DNA of 64,000 nucleotides from Eutreptiella sp. 'Long Island Sound 2002' (GCA_964036045.1 OZ038378.1:178002001-178066000), one strand, 5' to 3'; positions 1 through 12,960 are shown, counted from the stretch's first letter. A program made the numbers and translations. The notes: generated from the letters alone by a model not told the origin.

Positions 1-11
1 TCATATGCCAG

Positions 12-325
12 CAAAGGTTGCAGGGTACGGAATTCAAGACATTGGGACATATGGCTCGCAATAAACTAAAAAAAGGAAAATTCCTCGTCTACCAACAAAG
101 GCTGCAGGGTGAAGAATTCAGGACACTTGCAGGGTGAAGAATTTAGGACACTGAGACACATGGGATCTATCACACTAATAAAAAATATTCTTGGTGTACC
201 AACAAAGGCCGAAAGGTGCATAATTCAAGAAAATGGGACACCTTGATTGCATGAGACGGGGAAAAAATCCTAGCATGCTAGCAAAGGCTGCACGGTGCAC
301 ATTTAAAGACACTGGAACATATGGA
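12..325. repeat. Degenerate minisatellite-like repeat (CAAAGGYTGCAGGGTG..AATTCA.GACAYTGGGACAYATGG)
   Basis: Related motif starts at about 12, 95, 201 and 282, with an extra partial copy near 128; spacing about 80-105 bp. Confidence 0.55.
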
Positions 326-1869
326 ATGCATGGTGAGGAGGACTCTCCAAGTGCCATAAAGATGGGCCCGGCACAAGAGAAGAGGGGAAGAATGTCGAAC
401 ACTTTTGGCGGCTCTAGTGTGCCAAAAAAACCTTCAAACGGGTCCCAACTCACAATGGCTTGGGGCAATGCAATGCATGGAGCAATTGTGACTCACACAC
501 ACTCCACTTCGGTTGACAATTGAAACTATTGGTCGCATTGGAGCCCCCAAAACTGTACAACTATCTGCCCCCCTCCATACAGTGTAACGATGGGCCCGGC
601 GCAACATAGTGTGCCAAAACAGCTTCAAAATTTGACTTGAGCATATTGTCCAGAACTCACAATTGCTTGGGGCACTCAAACATTTTGAAGACTCACAATC
701 ATCCTTCATACACTGCCTTTTTTCATCCTTCGTTGATTGCTTCCTCCTTCGCACCTTTTTCTTCTTTGTACGCCTTGCTCTCCGCCTCTTCTCCTTCTCC
801 TTATACCTCCTATTTTGAGCCTCATCCTTCAACAATGTCCTTCCATTCTTATCCAATTCCATAATCACCCGCCAAATGTCAAATGCAAGTGATCCCGAAC
901 GTAGGTCTGTGGATCCCGGCCTCGTCTAGGGACTCCGTCAAGCCCACCATCTTTCTCACCCACTTGGGAGCAGCGGACCTCTTCCTTCATGCCCTCAAGT
1001 TTGATGAGCACAAGGCAAACACGTACTCAAATAGGAACATTTCCAGCAATACTCGCGTACAATCATCCTCTTGCCGCATGTTCCCATCTCTACTCCCAGC
1101 CTCCTTTGCATTTGGCATTGTCACTCCGACTCCACCTTTCGTAGAATCACCTGTTGTTCTACTTGCTTCTGGATGCCCATGTCCTCTTGATCTAAACCAT
1201 CCTCCACCTTATTGGACGCGGTGGTCAACCCCATTGCCTAGGTCCTCACATGTCCAAGTTGTGATGCCATCTTCCTCCGGTGCAAACAACTTTTGCAAAT
1301 GTGCAGCCAGAAACTGCTCCAGCCTCTTCGCCCATATGTCTTCTTTTCCTTTTTTTTCAAGGCCTCCTTTTACAAACATCATTTCAAGAGGATTCAGCAG
1401 GGCACCCAAATACATTTCATATGCTCCCAGAAGGTCCCATAACTGTCATCCGCCAATGACGGCACCGCGTTCTACACATTCATCTACATGTGGATCACCA
1501 TGCTTGGAACTTCGTTCATCCTGGTCCACTATGCATCCGCCAATTCTCATATCCGATCTCCTCCCATGTGCTTTGCCCACACCTCTCCATGCTTGTGGGC
1601 AAATTGTTCAAGAACCTCAAAGCCATGGGCTGGTATGCCGTCCATCACAAATGAAAACACATTGAATCGATAGAAACAAAATGCCACAAATTCAGAACTG
1701 TCTATTAGAATCTATTAGAATGCACTGGACTTTATCATGGACAGTGGACTTTATAATGGACAGTGACAGGCAAGTTCAGGTCAGGTCAAAAACTTTTGTA
1801 TGTTCGCAAACATTAGTTTATTCACAAACTACAGTTTGGTAGTCCGGTGCCCCACACCCACCCACCCAC

Positions 1870-2103
1870 CCTTTCCAACGCTCGTGCCATGGTGAGCAAA
1901 AGACCAGAATCCCCCAAAGCTGCCGCCTGACCCTTCAGCTGCCCCTTGTGAATGAGGGGCTGCATGGGCTGAGCGGATGAAGGGTGCAGGGCGTATTAGG
2001 ACAAGGAGGCCTGAGGCTGCAAGCACTCTAGCAAACACTTGGCTAATGTGTTGGGAGACGATGAAGGCAGTAAGGCAGGCGCACTGAGAGACTTGATGTT
2101 CTC
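1870..2103 (-). CDS. Candidate third exon of the kinesin-like gene (contains an in-frame TAA)
   Basis: Acceptor ttcctcaacTAG at 2106-2104, donor AGG|GTGGGT, 234 nt, phase 0/0. Reads ENIKSLSAPALLPSSSPNTLAKCLLECLQPQASLS*YALHP..., loosely like the kinesin INKSL...SKLTRLLQDSL region. Confidence 0.25.
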
Positions 2104-2761
2104 CTAGTTGAGGAAGACACAACAGTGGCTGGGTTCTTATGGCCCTTCATTGGGCAAGTATATGGCGTTAGAAGAATTTGTGATTGCACACAGGAGCCAA
2201 TTGCAACGAGCTGGTCATGCCAACAACGTGGTTGGGCAAAGAAATAGATCTGCTATGTAATGATTCGCTCTTGCATGCCATACTATTTGTGGCACTAACT
2301 GTTGCTGTTGCATTATCACTACATTTTGGCTACTGCATTTTGGTCTGAAATATGGATCAGCGCTTCTGTGCTGGACTACATCAAAGGGGTTCAAGCTCAA
2401 TACATCCAACAGTGGCTGGTGGGCTGCACTCTGTGGTGCAGGTCCCCATGCCGCTAGCTAAGCCAGAGTGCTGGCCTCCCGTCGCATGAGGTCCCAGGAG
2501 ACTTGGGACTGGAAGAAGACCATGAAATAACCAGCCTAGTAGGCTGGCTGCCCATCGTTGGCGCGTGCCTGTTGTGACTCTATGGGGATAAATGTGCATG
2601 CCAGTGAGTGGTCACGCGCATACACTTGCCCTAAGGCTGCCAGGCCAATGATGTTGCGGGTGTGTGCTGGGGGGGGGGGGGGGATTCCACAACACCACAA
2701 TGGACCTTCTGACGCTGTGCTGTGTCGCCAAGCTCTGAGATTACAGACGCGAGGGCGGCAC

Positions 2762-3040
2762 CTGATGGGCCCATGCAGCAGCCTCCGCTTTGCCTGGTCT
2801 TTCGAAGGCACGGGGGTGGGTGCCAATGACGTCCACGAGGTGAAGGCAGGAGAGCAACCCCAAATGGGGCACGCCCAGCATCAACTTGAGGACCACGTGG
2901 GAGTGGCTGCCCTCGGGCTGGACCTCCGCTTGTGACACGTGCTTGGCCTCGGAAGGGGTCCAGGACACACTGTGCATTAGCGCAAGGGCCAGGGCCTGGC
3001 TGAACTCCGCAGGGGACCCGATGCGGATGGTGTTGAGTGC
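2762..3040 (-). CDS. Kinesin-like protein exon 2 (switch I / switch II region, degenerate)
   Basis: Acceptor cccttCAG|GCA, donor CAG|GTGCCG, 279 nt, phase 0. ALNTIRIGSPAEFSQALALAL...QPEGSHSHVVLKL...LHLVDVIGTH matches the kinesin order ...SSRSHAIFTI...LHLVDLAGSE. Confidence 0.8.
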
Positions 3041-3941
3041 CTGAAGGGAAGACACATGACTCGATGTGAAGGGGGGGATATTCGGGACCGAGTACAAAAA
3101 CCCAATACCGGGGGGGGGGGTCCATGTGCAGGAAAATCCGGATCAAATTCTGGCGCGACAAAACCCGTGCCATTTCTTAAAAATGAGTGAACAGATTATG
3201 CGTTGGCAACAGTTGCCCATGAGATACAGTGGACGGTTGCTGTTATTTCCTGGAGGACTTTCCTGGAGCATCAACCAGCACTCTTGTCTGTACCCCATTG
3301 GATGCTACAGGAACACTATAAATGAGGGAAAACCATTTCAGCACTTCTGCGACTTCCATGGGAAACCAATTACAATTAACCAAATCATGTACGTGCAAAT
3401 CCTTAAAAACACCAAACAAATTGCGTACAAAAATTTCGCACAGAAGTTATGACACAGAAATTCTACCCTGTGTAACCCCCCCCCCCCCCGGTTTATGGGG
3501 CTGTGATTGAGAGCAGTCAGAGTTGCGGCATCAATGACACAGGTTGGCGGGTATGTAACGGCGGTTGGGGTAACCGACGCCGTGGGGAGGGCCACCAACG
3601 GTTGGCGGTGTACTTGACGCGGGTGACCATTGACAACAACAGCAATCTGTTTTTCCATCCGCACTGCCAACCCCCGGCCTGTGCACTGGGCACCTTTGTA
3701 TTTTTTGGGGGAGCCCAGGAGAATGTCCCGTCTTGTCTGACACTACGTCGGACCTCCCTGTTCCTCCGCACTTTCCAACAATTACCCCTCGCCCCCCATG
3801 CCTTTGCTCCCTCCTGCTCTGCCTCACATCCAATGCCGTGTACCCATCCACCTCCACTGGGCCGGCCCATGCAGAGCAGTGTGCCCACTCACTCCTGCAT
3901 CGCTCCTGCATTGGTACGGTGTATTGGTGCGGTCAGGCACG

Positions 3942-3990
3942 TACACACGCACACACACACAGTCACACACACACACACACACACACACAC
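3942..3990. repeat. (CA)n microsatellite
   Basis: Directly visible interrupted CA run. Confidence 0.9.
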
Positions 3991-5507
3991 ATCTGTGGCT
4001 CGGAGGTCCGGAATATGCGCCCTGCTTCTTCCCCTGTATTTGGTCCCTCGGCGGTGGGCTGTTCAACACAAAACGTCTCAGGGCATCATTGTGCAAGAAT
4101 GAGCTGCTCAAAAAGTGTTTCACAAATACTGATGGGGATAGAACAAACCAAACCAAAAAATGCTTCGGGGTCATCGGCAGCGACAAAGAAGGCTGCCACT
4201 CACCCCTGCTCGAGCACTGAAGCAGCATTGAAGCCCCCCGCAACTCTCATCCCCAGTGGTGCGCAGTGGGTAGAGGGTAACTGCTCTGGCAGCATTGAAG
4301 GGGGTTGCTTCCCATGCTGACCCCCAGTGGTGAGCAGTGGGTGGAGGGTAAATACCCACCCTCCCCCCTTGGTCATCCCATGCGCAATGGTCTCCCTGCC
4401 CTGCAGGGAGTATCATACTCCACACACCGCCCACCACTGGGGATCAGCACTCTCTTCGAGAGCGGCCCCCTTTCACTGCTGCCAAAGTGCGTGTCCCCAC
4501 CTAGTGCCCACCACGAGGGATGGTTGTGCTGGGAGGGAGGGGGGGTCTGTTTCAGGGCTCCCGAGATAGCCCCTCCCCCCCTTCGTCATCCCCGTCGCAT
4601 GCCGTCCCCCCGGGGGGATTGCATGAAGGCTGAGTGGGTGTCCGTCCGATGCTGGCGCCGGCACACGCCACATTCAGTCATTCCTAAGACAGTGAAGTTT
4701 GGAGGGTGCTCACCGCCACATCTGATGTGGGCAATTCAACACAGGACCCAGGGGGTTCCGGACCACTCCCCCCCCCCCCCCGGCGGTGGCTGAGGACCGT
4801 CACTTGACAACTGCTCCCTCAGGGACCACTGAAAACAGAGTTCTGGAACGTCTGCCGGTGCAGAGGCACTGTTTGCGGGCAAACGCCATGACCCTGCAAA
4901 CGGCGGTAGGGCGGGGTCATGGAGCATCGGGCGCCTTAGGCGCCCATGGACGCCTGGGGGCGACACCTTTGGCAACTAACTGTTGGCCGAAGGCCCCTAG
5001 GGGGGGGGGGGGGGGGGGCAGGGGTAGTTGGCGTCCTAGGACCCACGGAGTCGCCCCCCCCGGGGCGGGGTCACCGGTGGGCGCTCCACAGGGGCATAAG
5101 GGAAGGTCCCCTCAAGCCGTGCACAGACAGTGCGGACGGCCCCTCCGGAGCACTGGCCGCGTTTGACACCGCCGTCCGCCAAGAGCCTGAGAGCCCCTCC
5201 AAAGCCAAAGGGTGTGGAAAGGGCCGTACTGGCCCAGGGCTCCTTTTGGGGGGGGGGGGTTGGCACGAGGCTTTTAAGGGGGGGTCTGCCCCCCCCCCGA
5301 CGGTGCTGACTTTTTTGATTGGCGGAAGGCCCGGAAAAAGATTTGGCCCAATCTTTCAGCGGCGGAGGGGGTGGACCCCCCAAACCCCCGACCCAACGCC
5401 CCAGTCCAGCGGTGCCGAGTTGTTAAATGGAGCCCTGGCCTGGCCCCCGATGTGCAGGTGCGAGGGCGTCCCACAGGCATTTGACGGGGCAATGCGGCAA
5501 AGCGTAC

Positions 5508-6167
5508 CGCGCCCCAAAGCTGCTGCTGCGGCGTGGCCGGCGCGAAACACCCGTCGTCGCCGTCTCCGTACTGCTGCGTCACGGCGCGGGTCTTGTCCGC
5601 CGCCGCGTCCACGGGCGGCTGCAGCGCCACCCCGGCCAACAGGTCCACGGTGCAGTGCGTCCGGGGCCGCGCCTCGTCGACCGGGGGCCGGACCTCAAAG
5701 GCGGAGAGCGCCACGTGCCACGACTTGTCCGGATACCGCGCCGCCGCGGCCTGGAACAGCGCCCGCACGCCGCACCCGCACAGCGAATCTGGTGCCGCCT
5801 CCGCCGCCGGGCGGACCGGGGCCCCATAGAGCGCGCGCGACTTGTCCGGCGTGGCCTGGCCGAACGCGAGGACCGTCGTGTTGAAGCCCGCGACCACCCA
5901 CTCGGCCTCCGCGGCCGCGATCGCGGGTATCGACGTGCGGTCGTGGGCGTCGCACACCTCCGTCCCAGTGACGGAGTCGTGGTACCACTGCGGCCCCTCA
6001 GGCCCCTCCGTCAGTGTGAATCGGGGCCCCCCATCCGCAGCGGCCTCACCGGGCCCAGCATCGTCGGTGCAGAAGGCACGGCACTTGCCGATCTTGGCGG
6101 TGCTTCCCCCAAGGGCCGAGAGCTCGTGCGTGAGCTCCAGCAAGTCATCGTCGTCCAGCGCATGCAT
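5508..6167 (-). CDS. Kinesin-like protein exon 1 (motor domain N-terminal half, degenerate P-loop)
   Basis: GC-rich 220-codon exon. VVAGFNTTVLAFGQATPDKSRALYG aligns to GYNGTIFAYGQTGSGKT..G, followed by VALSAFEV and DLL motifs. Donor GCG|GTACGC at 5507 joins exon 2 in frame. Confidence 0.85.
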
Positions 6168-6221
6168 GGCGCATGGCGCGGCAGCGCTACATGGTCATGC
6201 GGTGGCAGGGGAGCGGCGCAC

Positions 6222-6262
6222 CTGCAAAGGGCACAAGGATTCTCCTGCACAAGGGGCACAGA
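6222..6262 (-). promoter_or_regulatory. Splice acceptor (possibly trans-splice) upstream of the kinesin-like ATG
   Basis: tgtgccccttgtgcag...tgtgccctttgcAG lies 54 nt upstream of ATG 6167. The leader has an in-frame stop, so it is untranslated in the kinesin frame. Confidence 0.5.
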
Positions 6263-6420
6263 GTGCAGGGAAATATTAGAAGGGGGTGGGGGGTCTGGGA
6301 CCCAAAAGTTTGTGTACCAAAAATGGCCGGACAAGACTTTCTGCATTCAATGATGAAACCAAAGGCCCAGGGGTGCCCGCTGCAGGTCTTAAATCCCTTT
6401 GGATATGACTGAACGCTAGT

Positions 6421-6535
6421 GACAACAATGATGCCCCTAGTATCTCAAAATATGGGTCTCCAGTACGGCCAGACGCCCAAATAGTTGCACTGCGCTATGT
6501 GCGCCCCCTTAGTGCAGCCCTAAAAGGTCACCGAT
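6421..6535. repeat. Dispersed repeat, copy 1 (copy 2 at about 28011-28110)
   Basis: caacaatgatgcccctagtatc.caaa.tatgggtctccagtacg...cccaaatagttgcactg is shared by both sites. Confidence 0.8.
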
Positions 6536-6559
6536 GGGACATGGGTCAAAAAAGTTGCC

Positions 6560-8200
6560 CTGCACGCGCCCTGCGCACTAACACTCCCTCACAGATCATC
6601 AACGCACATAAAGGCATTTGTTCCACAATTGGAATCAAACTCATACAAGACAAACAAGACACCGTAAGAAAAGAGGACGCGGGAGAACGGATCCCCCTGC
6701 CCTATGCCGGATTGCGAGCGAGAAACAATTGCTCTCACCACCCCCCTGCCCACACAAAAGTGGCACAGCGCTGTGAGGGTGGAAATGGTGAAACAGATGA
6801 TGGACTTAGGCGGCTCGATGAGCCTGAGTACTGCCGTAATGAACTCATGAGTTAGCGTTGGGAAGGCATTGGAGAAGTCGAAGCTAAGCATAACCCTGTT
6901 GTGCATTGCTTCATACCCAGACCAGACACCCCCGATGTGGTGTATCATCCGTCTGCCCTTCATACGGTCCAATTGTTTGTTGTGTGTTAAATGCTCGAAG
7001 ATCTGCTCTATGGAAACACATCTCTCTGGGACATTCGGTTCCTGCCAACACGGAGCGTTTTCACATTTTTTCAGAGTTTTCTCAACTTTTGGTCTAATGC
7101 ACCAAAATGTCGTCACCTTGGGGGGGGTATGTGTATGCTTTTCGAAATCTGTGAGAAAACGCCGTTTCAGAAATGTATGGGTTGGGGGGGGATAGGTGAC
7201 TATATTTTGGAGTACCAAGGCCGAACTTTTCGGCGTTTCATGGTTTTCGGGCCTCAGGGTGCTCCGCTCACGCGTGCGGGACACCAACTCACAGGTCTTC
7301 CCCTGGGTGCTCCGACATATTGTGGAGTTGGAGCAAAGTGAAAGGACGTAAATGGATGCATTTTGACACGCTGAATCCAAATATTGTGGTCTCATGTCCC
7401 AACTTGACAGCCTGTTTGAGAAATTCTGCCATCCTTGATTTCTTGCACCCTGGTGAGCTTGATGCTGCAAGTTGCACCAGACATCACCCGGGTGTCCAAG
7501 GTAGTTATTGGTCAAAGTCTTCAACATATTGGGGTCTTGAGGGGACCCATGTTGCACATGTCTTCTACACATCAAATGCAACAAATCCACCCGAATGACT
7601 TGACCCTCATATGCCCATATGTTGGAGTAATGGGGGACTAGAACAGGCAAAAAAAACCCAACCTGTCAACAGTAACGGCCCTAACCCATACATCTCCAAA
7701 AAGCCCTTTTCAAGGGCTTTCCGAATATACCCCACATACCCTCCCCAACTGGACACTCAGCGGGCACAAATGAGACCACAAAGGCACCAACCCCTGAAAA
7801 CGCTCCGTGTTGGCATGAAACCGCACGTCCCAGAGAGACATAGAATGTTCATCAACCATGACTTTGTTACATCTTGACCTCCGGATAGCTGTTGTGCCCA
7901 TGGACTTTGGGATCGAGTTGATCAAACCTCCCTGTCCTCCCTATCCGGCCCTGCCTCTACCTTTGACCCCTGATGTCCCCCAACCCAGTCCTAGTAGATG
8001 CACAAACTGGAAGAATACCCCCAGCGGCAATCCACCACGCAGTGCCAGAACCTTCACCACGCGACTGCTCAAGCATTACAGTCACAAACAAATACGACTG
8101 CAGTTAAATAGTTGGAGAAAATACACAAATCTGCATCACTCTGTACACCCTTCCCCGTACCTGTGCACTACCTGCGGGTAGAACTCTCGTTCTCTGTGGG
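6560..8200 (-). mobile_element. Decayed non-LTR retrotransposon (APE-RT portion)
   Basis: RT motifs SFDFSNAFPTL, GIGQGDPFS and CVDDL (YADD-like) in ORF 6589-7650. The upstream part is frameshifted; its endonuclease-like identity is weaker. Confidence 0.75.
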
Positions 8201-8862
8201 AACTGCGGCTCTTGGAAAAAGTGGGTATGTTCCCCATGATACAACGGTTTCATGATGAAAATCAGAGCTCTAGGGGATCGACCCATAGCTCATATGATAC
8301 TCTCTATTGCGGTAGGTGACCACCATGCCGTAGGCTACGTATTCTGTGACTAGTGAACTGACAGTGCAGCGCTTTCCCATATGAAAAGCATTGCAGTAAC
8401 GGCTCGGGTCCATCCCGGTTTGCCCAGGCCCATTGTGGCAGGGCACTGCTGCGTTTGGTGAGTGCATTCCGATATCCACAGCCCACACACCACAACCTAG
8501 AATTGGACAAGCCCACAAATGTTTGGCATGCGACCATGAGCACCAGGGTGCTCGGGTGCTGTCATTAATGAGGGGGTCAATGTAATGGTCTGGTAGGATG
8601 GTGCTCAAAGAGGGGCCGCATGCAGGTCAACAAGGCGCTCTACACGTGCACGTCCTGGTATGCATATGCAGCTCAGAGAAGGGGGGGGGGGGTGTTGCCA
8701 TAAAGGCCAAGCAAGTATGCCGGTTGGTACTTCTGGGTGTACACAACGGTTTGAGTTTTAGAAATAAAGTGTTGGTTCCGAGCCACAGAGAAAGTATTTT
8801 TAGCCCCCGACCTTGCACAAGCACCGGTAAAGTCAGGAAAATTACAGTCAGACTGGGTTCCA

Positions 8863-9900
8863 GTGCTTAGCTTCAAAGACGTATTGGCCGCCACCACCCA
8901 GAAAACAATCACTGTGCAACGTATGTCTCAATAAGGCAGCAAAGCCGCCTCCCACCGTTCTGCGGTGCTTATTCAGAAAAGGCGGCGTAGCCACCTCCCA
9001 CGACTGTCCGATAGGCGGCGAAGCCGCGTGCCATGTTTAGTCCCCTACTTTGTGCATCAGGTCAGGCCAGACGTCAATCGTCAGATGGCGGTGATTCCCT
9101 GCCCCTGTGCCGCGCCCTCTTTGTGTTTGTTTCACTTACATCTGTGCTGAACAGCGATTGTTCCGAGCAACTGACAGTTGACGTACTGTCTGACAACGAC
9201 TCCGTAGATGACGACTCCGTAGAAAAGGCACTGTGGGCTACGCCCCCTCCGACTGTTGACTCCACGACACCTCTGACAACGTTGCTGACCCCTCGCCTGA
9301 CCCATCCCTGTCTGACGATGAGGCTGCCAAGTCCATGGGGCATAGCCCCAACGCTTCCCACTCTGGCTCCGTCCTAGGTCTCATATTATTGGGGTGCTGC
9401 AGTCTGCCAGCCTCTGCCAGCTAGTCGGCATGTTCATTCCCCTGAACGCGCACGTGGGACGGGGTCCACTCCAACTGTACGTGTCTACCCCCCTGCTCCC
9501 GTAATTGCAAGATGGTTTCCCAGAGTCCCAGAGGTCTCGGTGCCTACCTCCCCTGAGGCTGTTCTCCACCCATGTCTCATCCACTTGGGAGACCATTCAA
9601 TGATCCCTTTGGATACATACTCGGAGTCGAGAACAATTTTCATGCGCTCGCCGGATCGCCTCAGTTGCAGCGCCTGCAAGACACCTCGCCGTTCCGCCCT
9701 ACTGACGCTCTGTCGCTCATGCGGCAGCACTAGGGCTGAATAATTGTGCGGGGACAGTACCTCAAAAACACACTGAACCCTGCTTGCCACCAGCCCCCTA
9801 CCTACTTGGCTGATCCATCAGTGAACACAACGGTCCAGCCCTCTTCTTGCATTACGGATAGTTGACTCTCCGGCTTACCCTGTATTCTCCCCATTTGGTT
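8863..9900 (-). mobile_element. LINE 3' fragment: RNase H, C-terminal tail and hairpin-rich 3' end
   Basis: GWTVVFTDGSAK, RQSVSRAE, DSEYVSKGIIEWSPKWMRHGWRT; tail FSTDVSE..KRAR; ends with a GCTAAGCAC motif. Confidence 0.85.
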
Positions 9901-9903
9901 CTG

Positions 9904-12900
9904 GTGCTTAGCCATAATCCGACGATGGCCGTCCCCCCGGCATCCCACCGGCAGGAAATCATTGTTCACATGTCCAGCAAACACGGTGGAGCCGCGGCCA
10001 CCAATTGTCCAAACGCGGCGGAGCCGCGCCCAAGTGTCCCGGAAGGCGGCGAAGCCGCCCTCACGTGTGCGTGCACATCCCGTGCATCTGCCCTCCTGCC
10101 CTGATGGATGGGGTCTCGGCGGCTTTCGGCAATCAAGATTGTTGATTACACATCTGCCTGACCCACCCCCCGGATCTCCCGCACGACCTAAGAAGAAAAA
10201 AGAACCAACCCTAACCCCGACGGCGCCACAACCTACACGCCGGGGTTCGAACCAAGGGCCTCCGCCGCGAAGTCCCAGTGCACTTCCAGTATGCTACACT
10301 ACCGATGGGGTCAGATAGCCATTACCAAACCCACCACTCTGAACCCAGTGGCTCGCCCCTACGCCCATCCCCTCTCGGTACAGCCGCCATGGCAGCACCT
10401 GTTCATGATCGACGGCACCGTGGCATCCACGAGCTGCGATGACAAAGCGCATTGCAGCGCGAGGTGCGAGTGCAATTTCAGGTATGCTTGCTCCCTCACC
10501 GTCCCCATATGTTATCAGTCGAAAAGTTTGGCAAAACAGTACCGCGGACCAAAGTGGGGATTCGCGACGGGTGGTGCATCCCCGCCCTCTCTGGGGTTCG
10601 AACCCCCCCCCCCCCCCGGACTCAAGACCCATGCACGTCCAACGACACTATGCTGTCTGAGGACCACCAGATGGGATCACAGTGCCCATTGGTGTTCTGG
10701 TATGCTGTTTGTCGTGGGCCCTCATTTGCTTCTTGTGCTCCCTTTGCCGATCACTCACATCTATGCTGAACCCCGACCCCTCACTATCCGAGCTCCCCTC
10801 CCCGCAGGAGCTCCCTGATGAAGACGGGTCCCCGTCAAGTCAGCGGCTGAGGGTAGCTCCCCCCCTACACTGGCCGCTGAGCTTATTACACTGGAGTTGT
10901 CCCCCGACGACTCTGAGGACGACACATCTGTGTGCATTGGGGACTAGCCCGCATCCCGCCACAGACATGGCATGTGGTCGGCGTCCCCCTTCTGTTTTTT
11001 GTTGTTGAGGTGCATCTCTCTACCAGACTCTGCCAGCACATCAGCCTTATCGTTCCCCTCCACCCGCATATGAGACGGGGTCCAAACGAATTTAAGCAGG
11101 GCCCCTGCATCTTGCTGCAGCTGAAAAATGGCCTCCCACAAGTCTCAGTGCCCCACCTCCCGTGACTTCACCCTCTAGGAGTCAAGAGTGGCGGTGCCAC
11201 TTGGGGGACCACTCAGTGATCCCCTTGTAAACATGCTCTGAGTCCAACACCACTACCATTTTTTCCGCCGCCTGCCGGCGTTGCAGAGCGTGCAGAACTC
11301 TGCGAAGTTCCCCACTGCTCACACTCTGCCTCTCTGTGACTGGAACTGGCAACCCCACATTCCTCTGGCCTGCCTCTCCAAACTAGGCCCCATACCTTGC
11401 CTGCCACCATCCCCTGACTTGCTTCGCCAATCCGTCGGTACACACCAGTGTCCAATGCTCGGCCTCTAACACTTGTAACCGTTCGACCACCCCATCCCGA
11501 TACTGGCCCCAATTCTGTTCCTTCAAGTCCGTAGGCTTCGCGCCCGTTTTTTTGGGGAAGACACGTGGCGTCGGGGTTTTCTTTTGGAACATGCCCCCAT
11601 TAAACCAAAGAAATAGTTGATCCAGGAGGTGCTGCAAGTTTGGGTGGGATAATGACATATTCGGCTCTGCGTGCCATACCTCCAGGATACCCATCCAGCG
11701 CGCCACAAAATCATCAAGTGACGGATGCCCCCCTTGAAATCTTGCCTCACAACGTAGAGCCCATTGTGCCTTTAGTGCCGCCCACAAAACCAAACCCTGA
11801 GTGCTCTGTAGCGACAATGCTAGCTCCTCAAGCAATAGTCTGCTGAGCTCTACCGCACCCCCCTTGGGCCTTGCGGACGGTGTCAAAGATAAATGCTGAG
11901 CGGCAATTTCGAAGCATGTGCTCGTGGTCCTCCAGCCGGTGACACAGAGGGCATAGCTTACTACCCACGTGGTGGCCCATCCGTCCCCCAATGGGTAGTT
12001 TTTTCCACAACACACGCCGGATGAAATCCAAATCCCACTGTGGCAAATACAAGCGGTTGAAAAACTGCCACACGCCGGGTGTCTGTTGTGGAGACTCTGC
12101 CATATTTAGCTGCATGTAGAGCAGCGCGCGCTGTCTCTCCCAGCCCGCCCCCCCCATCGGCCCAAGGCCAGTCTTCGTGCCCCGTCATCCGGGGCCATGG
12201 ATTGTAAGCGAACATCTTGGACCCCCATGTCATACGCCATTTTGTATGTGTATGCGATGACATCCAAATGCTCCAAGTGCACCACTCCCACCACCACTAA
12301 ATCCCGCCGTCATAGGACACCTTTTCGCACTAATTGTGGGCACAAATAAGTCAATCTCGTATCTCCCCTGAAAAATACTGAATGCCAGATGCCCATGTGG
12401 GGTAACAGCTGTGGCGCCCCCCCCCCCCCCCCCCGCCCCTCTTCGCACCCGCGAGTAAGCCCTCAGTGCCCCCTGCAGGAAAGAGGGTTTTCTTTTGATG
12501 TTTACCGGCGTGAGTTGGATATAGGGTAAGGTCACTTCATCAAGCACCATGCCTACCCGCCCCGCCCAGCATTGAAAATTTTTCCACGTGCGAAGCATCA
12601 TAAACATGCGGGTGACATACCGCAGTGACAAATGAGTGGGAGTGCACCCACAGGGCATAGGATGCCAAGGGAGCATGAGCAAGGCACCCCTCCCTTTTGG
12701 GCATGCTCGGGATTCCCGCCGTCAGGTGCCATGAGTTCAACCCTAGTGCCACGTGCTGTATTAGGTTTAATTGTGACAGGCGCTTGTCCGTGGGTTCATG
12801 GGCCCGCGCCGTTAGATACAGGATTGGTGCAATCCATGTTGCAAAAAGATGGCCCTTCTCTTCCATACCCAGTGGTAGGGTGGATAGGGTCTTGGCCCTA

Positions 12901-12960
12901 CTCATCATTTTCTTTTCCTTTTTTTTTTTTGGTATTCCGACAGTGGTAAGTTTTGCCAAC
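9904..12960 (-). mobile_element. 5'-truncated LINE: RT C-terminus, zf-RVT, RNase H, about 1-kb 3' region
   Basis: STLPLGMEEKGHLFATW...VALGLNSW; FIRRVLWKKLPIG...CPLCHRLEDHEH; VCTDGLAKQVRGWWQA; WTPSHMRVEGNDKADVLAE. Many frameshifts. Confidence 0.88.
10234..10308 (-). ncRNA. tRNA-like segment inside the LINE 3' region, copy A
   Basis: CATCGGTAGTGTAGCATACTGGAAGTGC...GGTTCGAACCCCGG: A-box-like and B-box-like elements at tRNA-like spacing; anticodon arm degenerate. Confidence 0.55.

Noticed and set aside
883-1665. 260-aa plus-strand ORF and the stop-interrupted minus frame (e.g. 1209-1415)
   Set aside because: No recognisable motif. The plus ORF looks like an antisense shadow of a decayed reading frame, and no family could be assigned.
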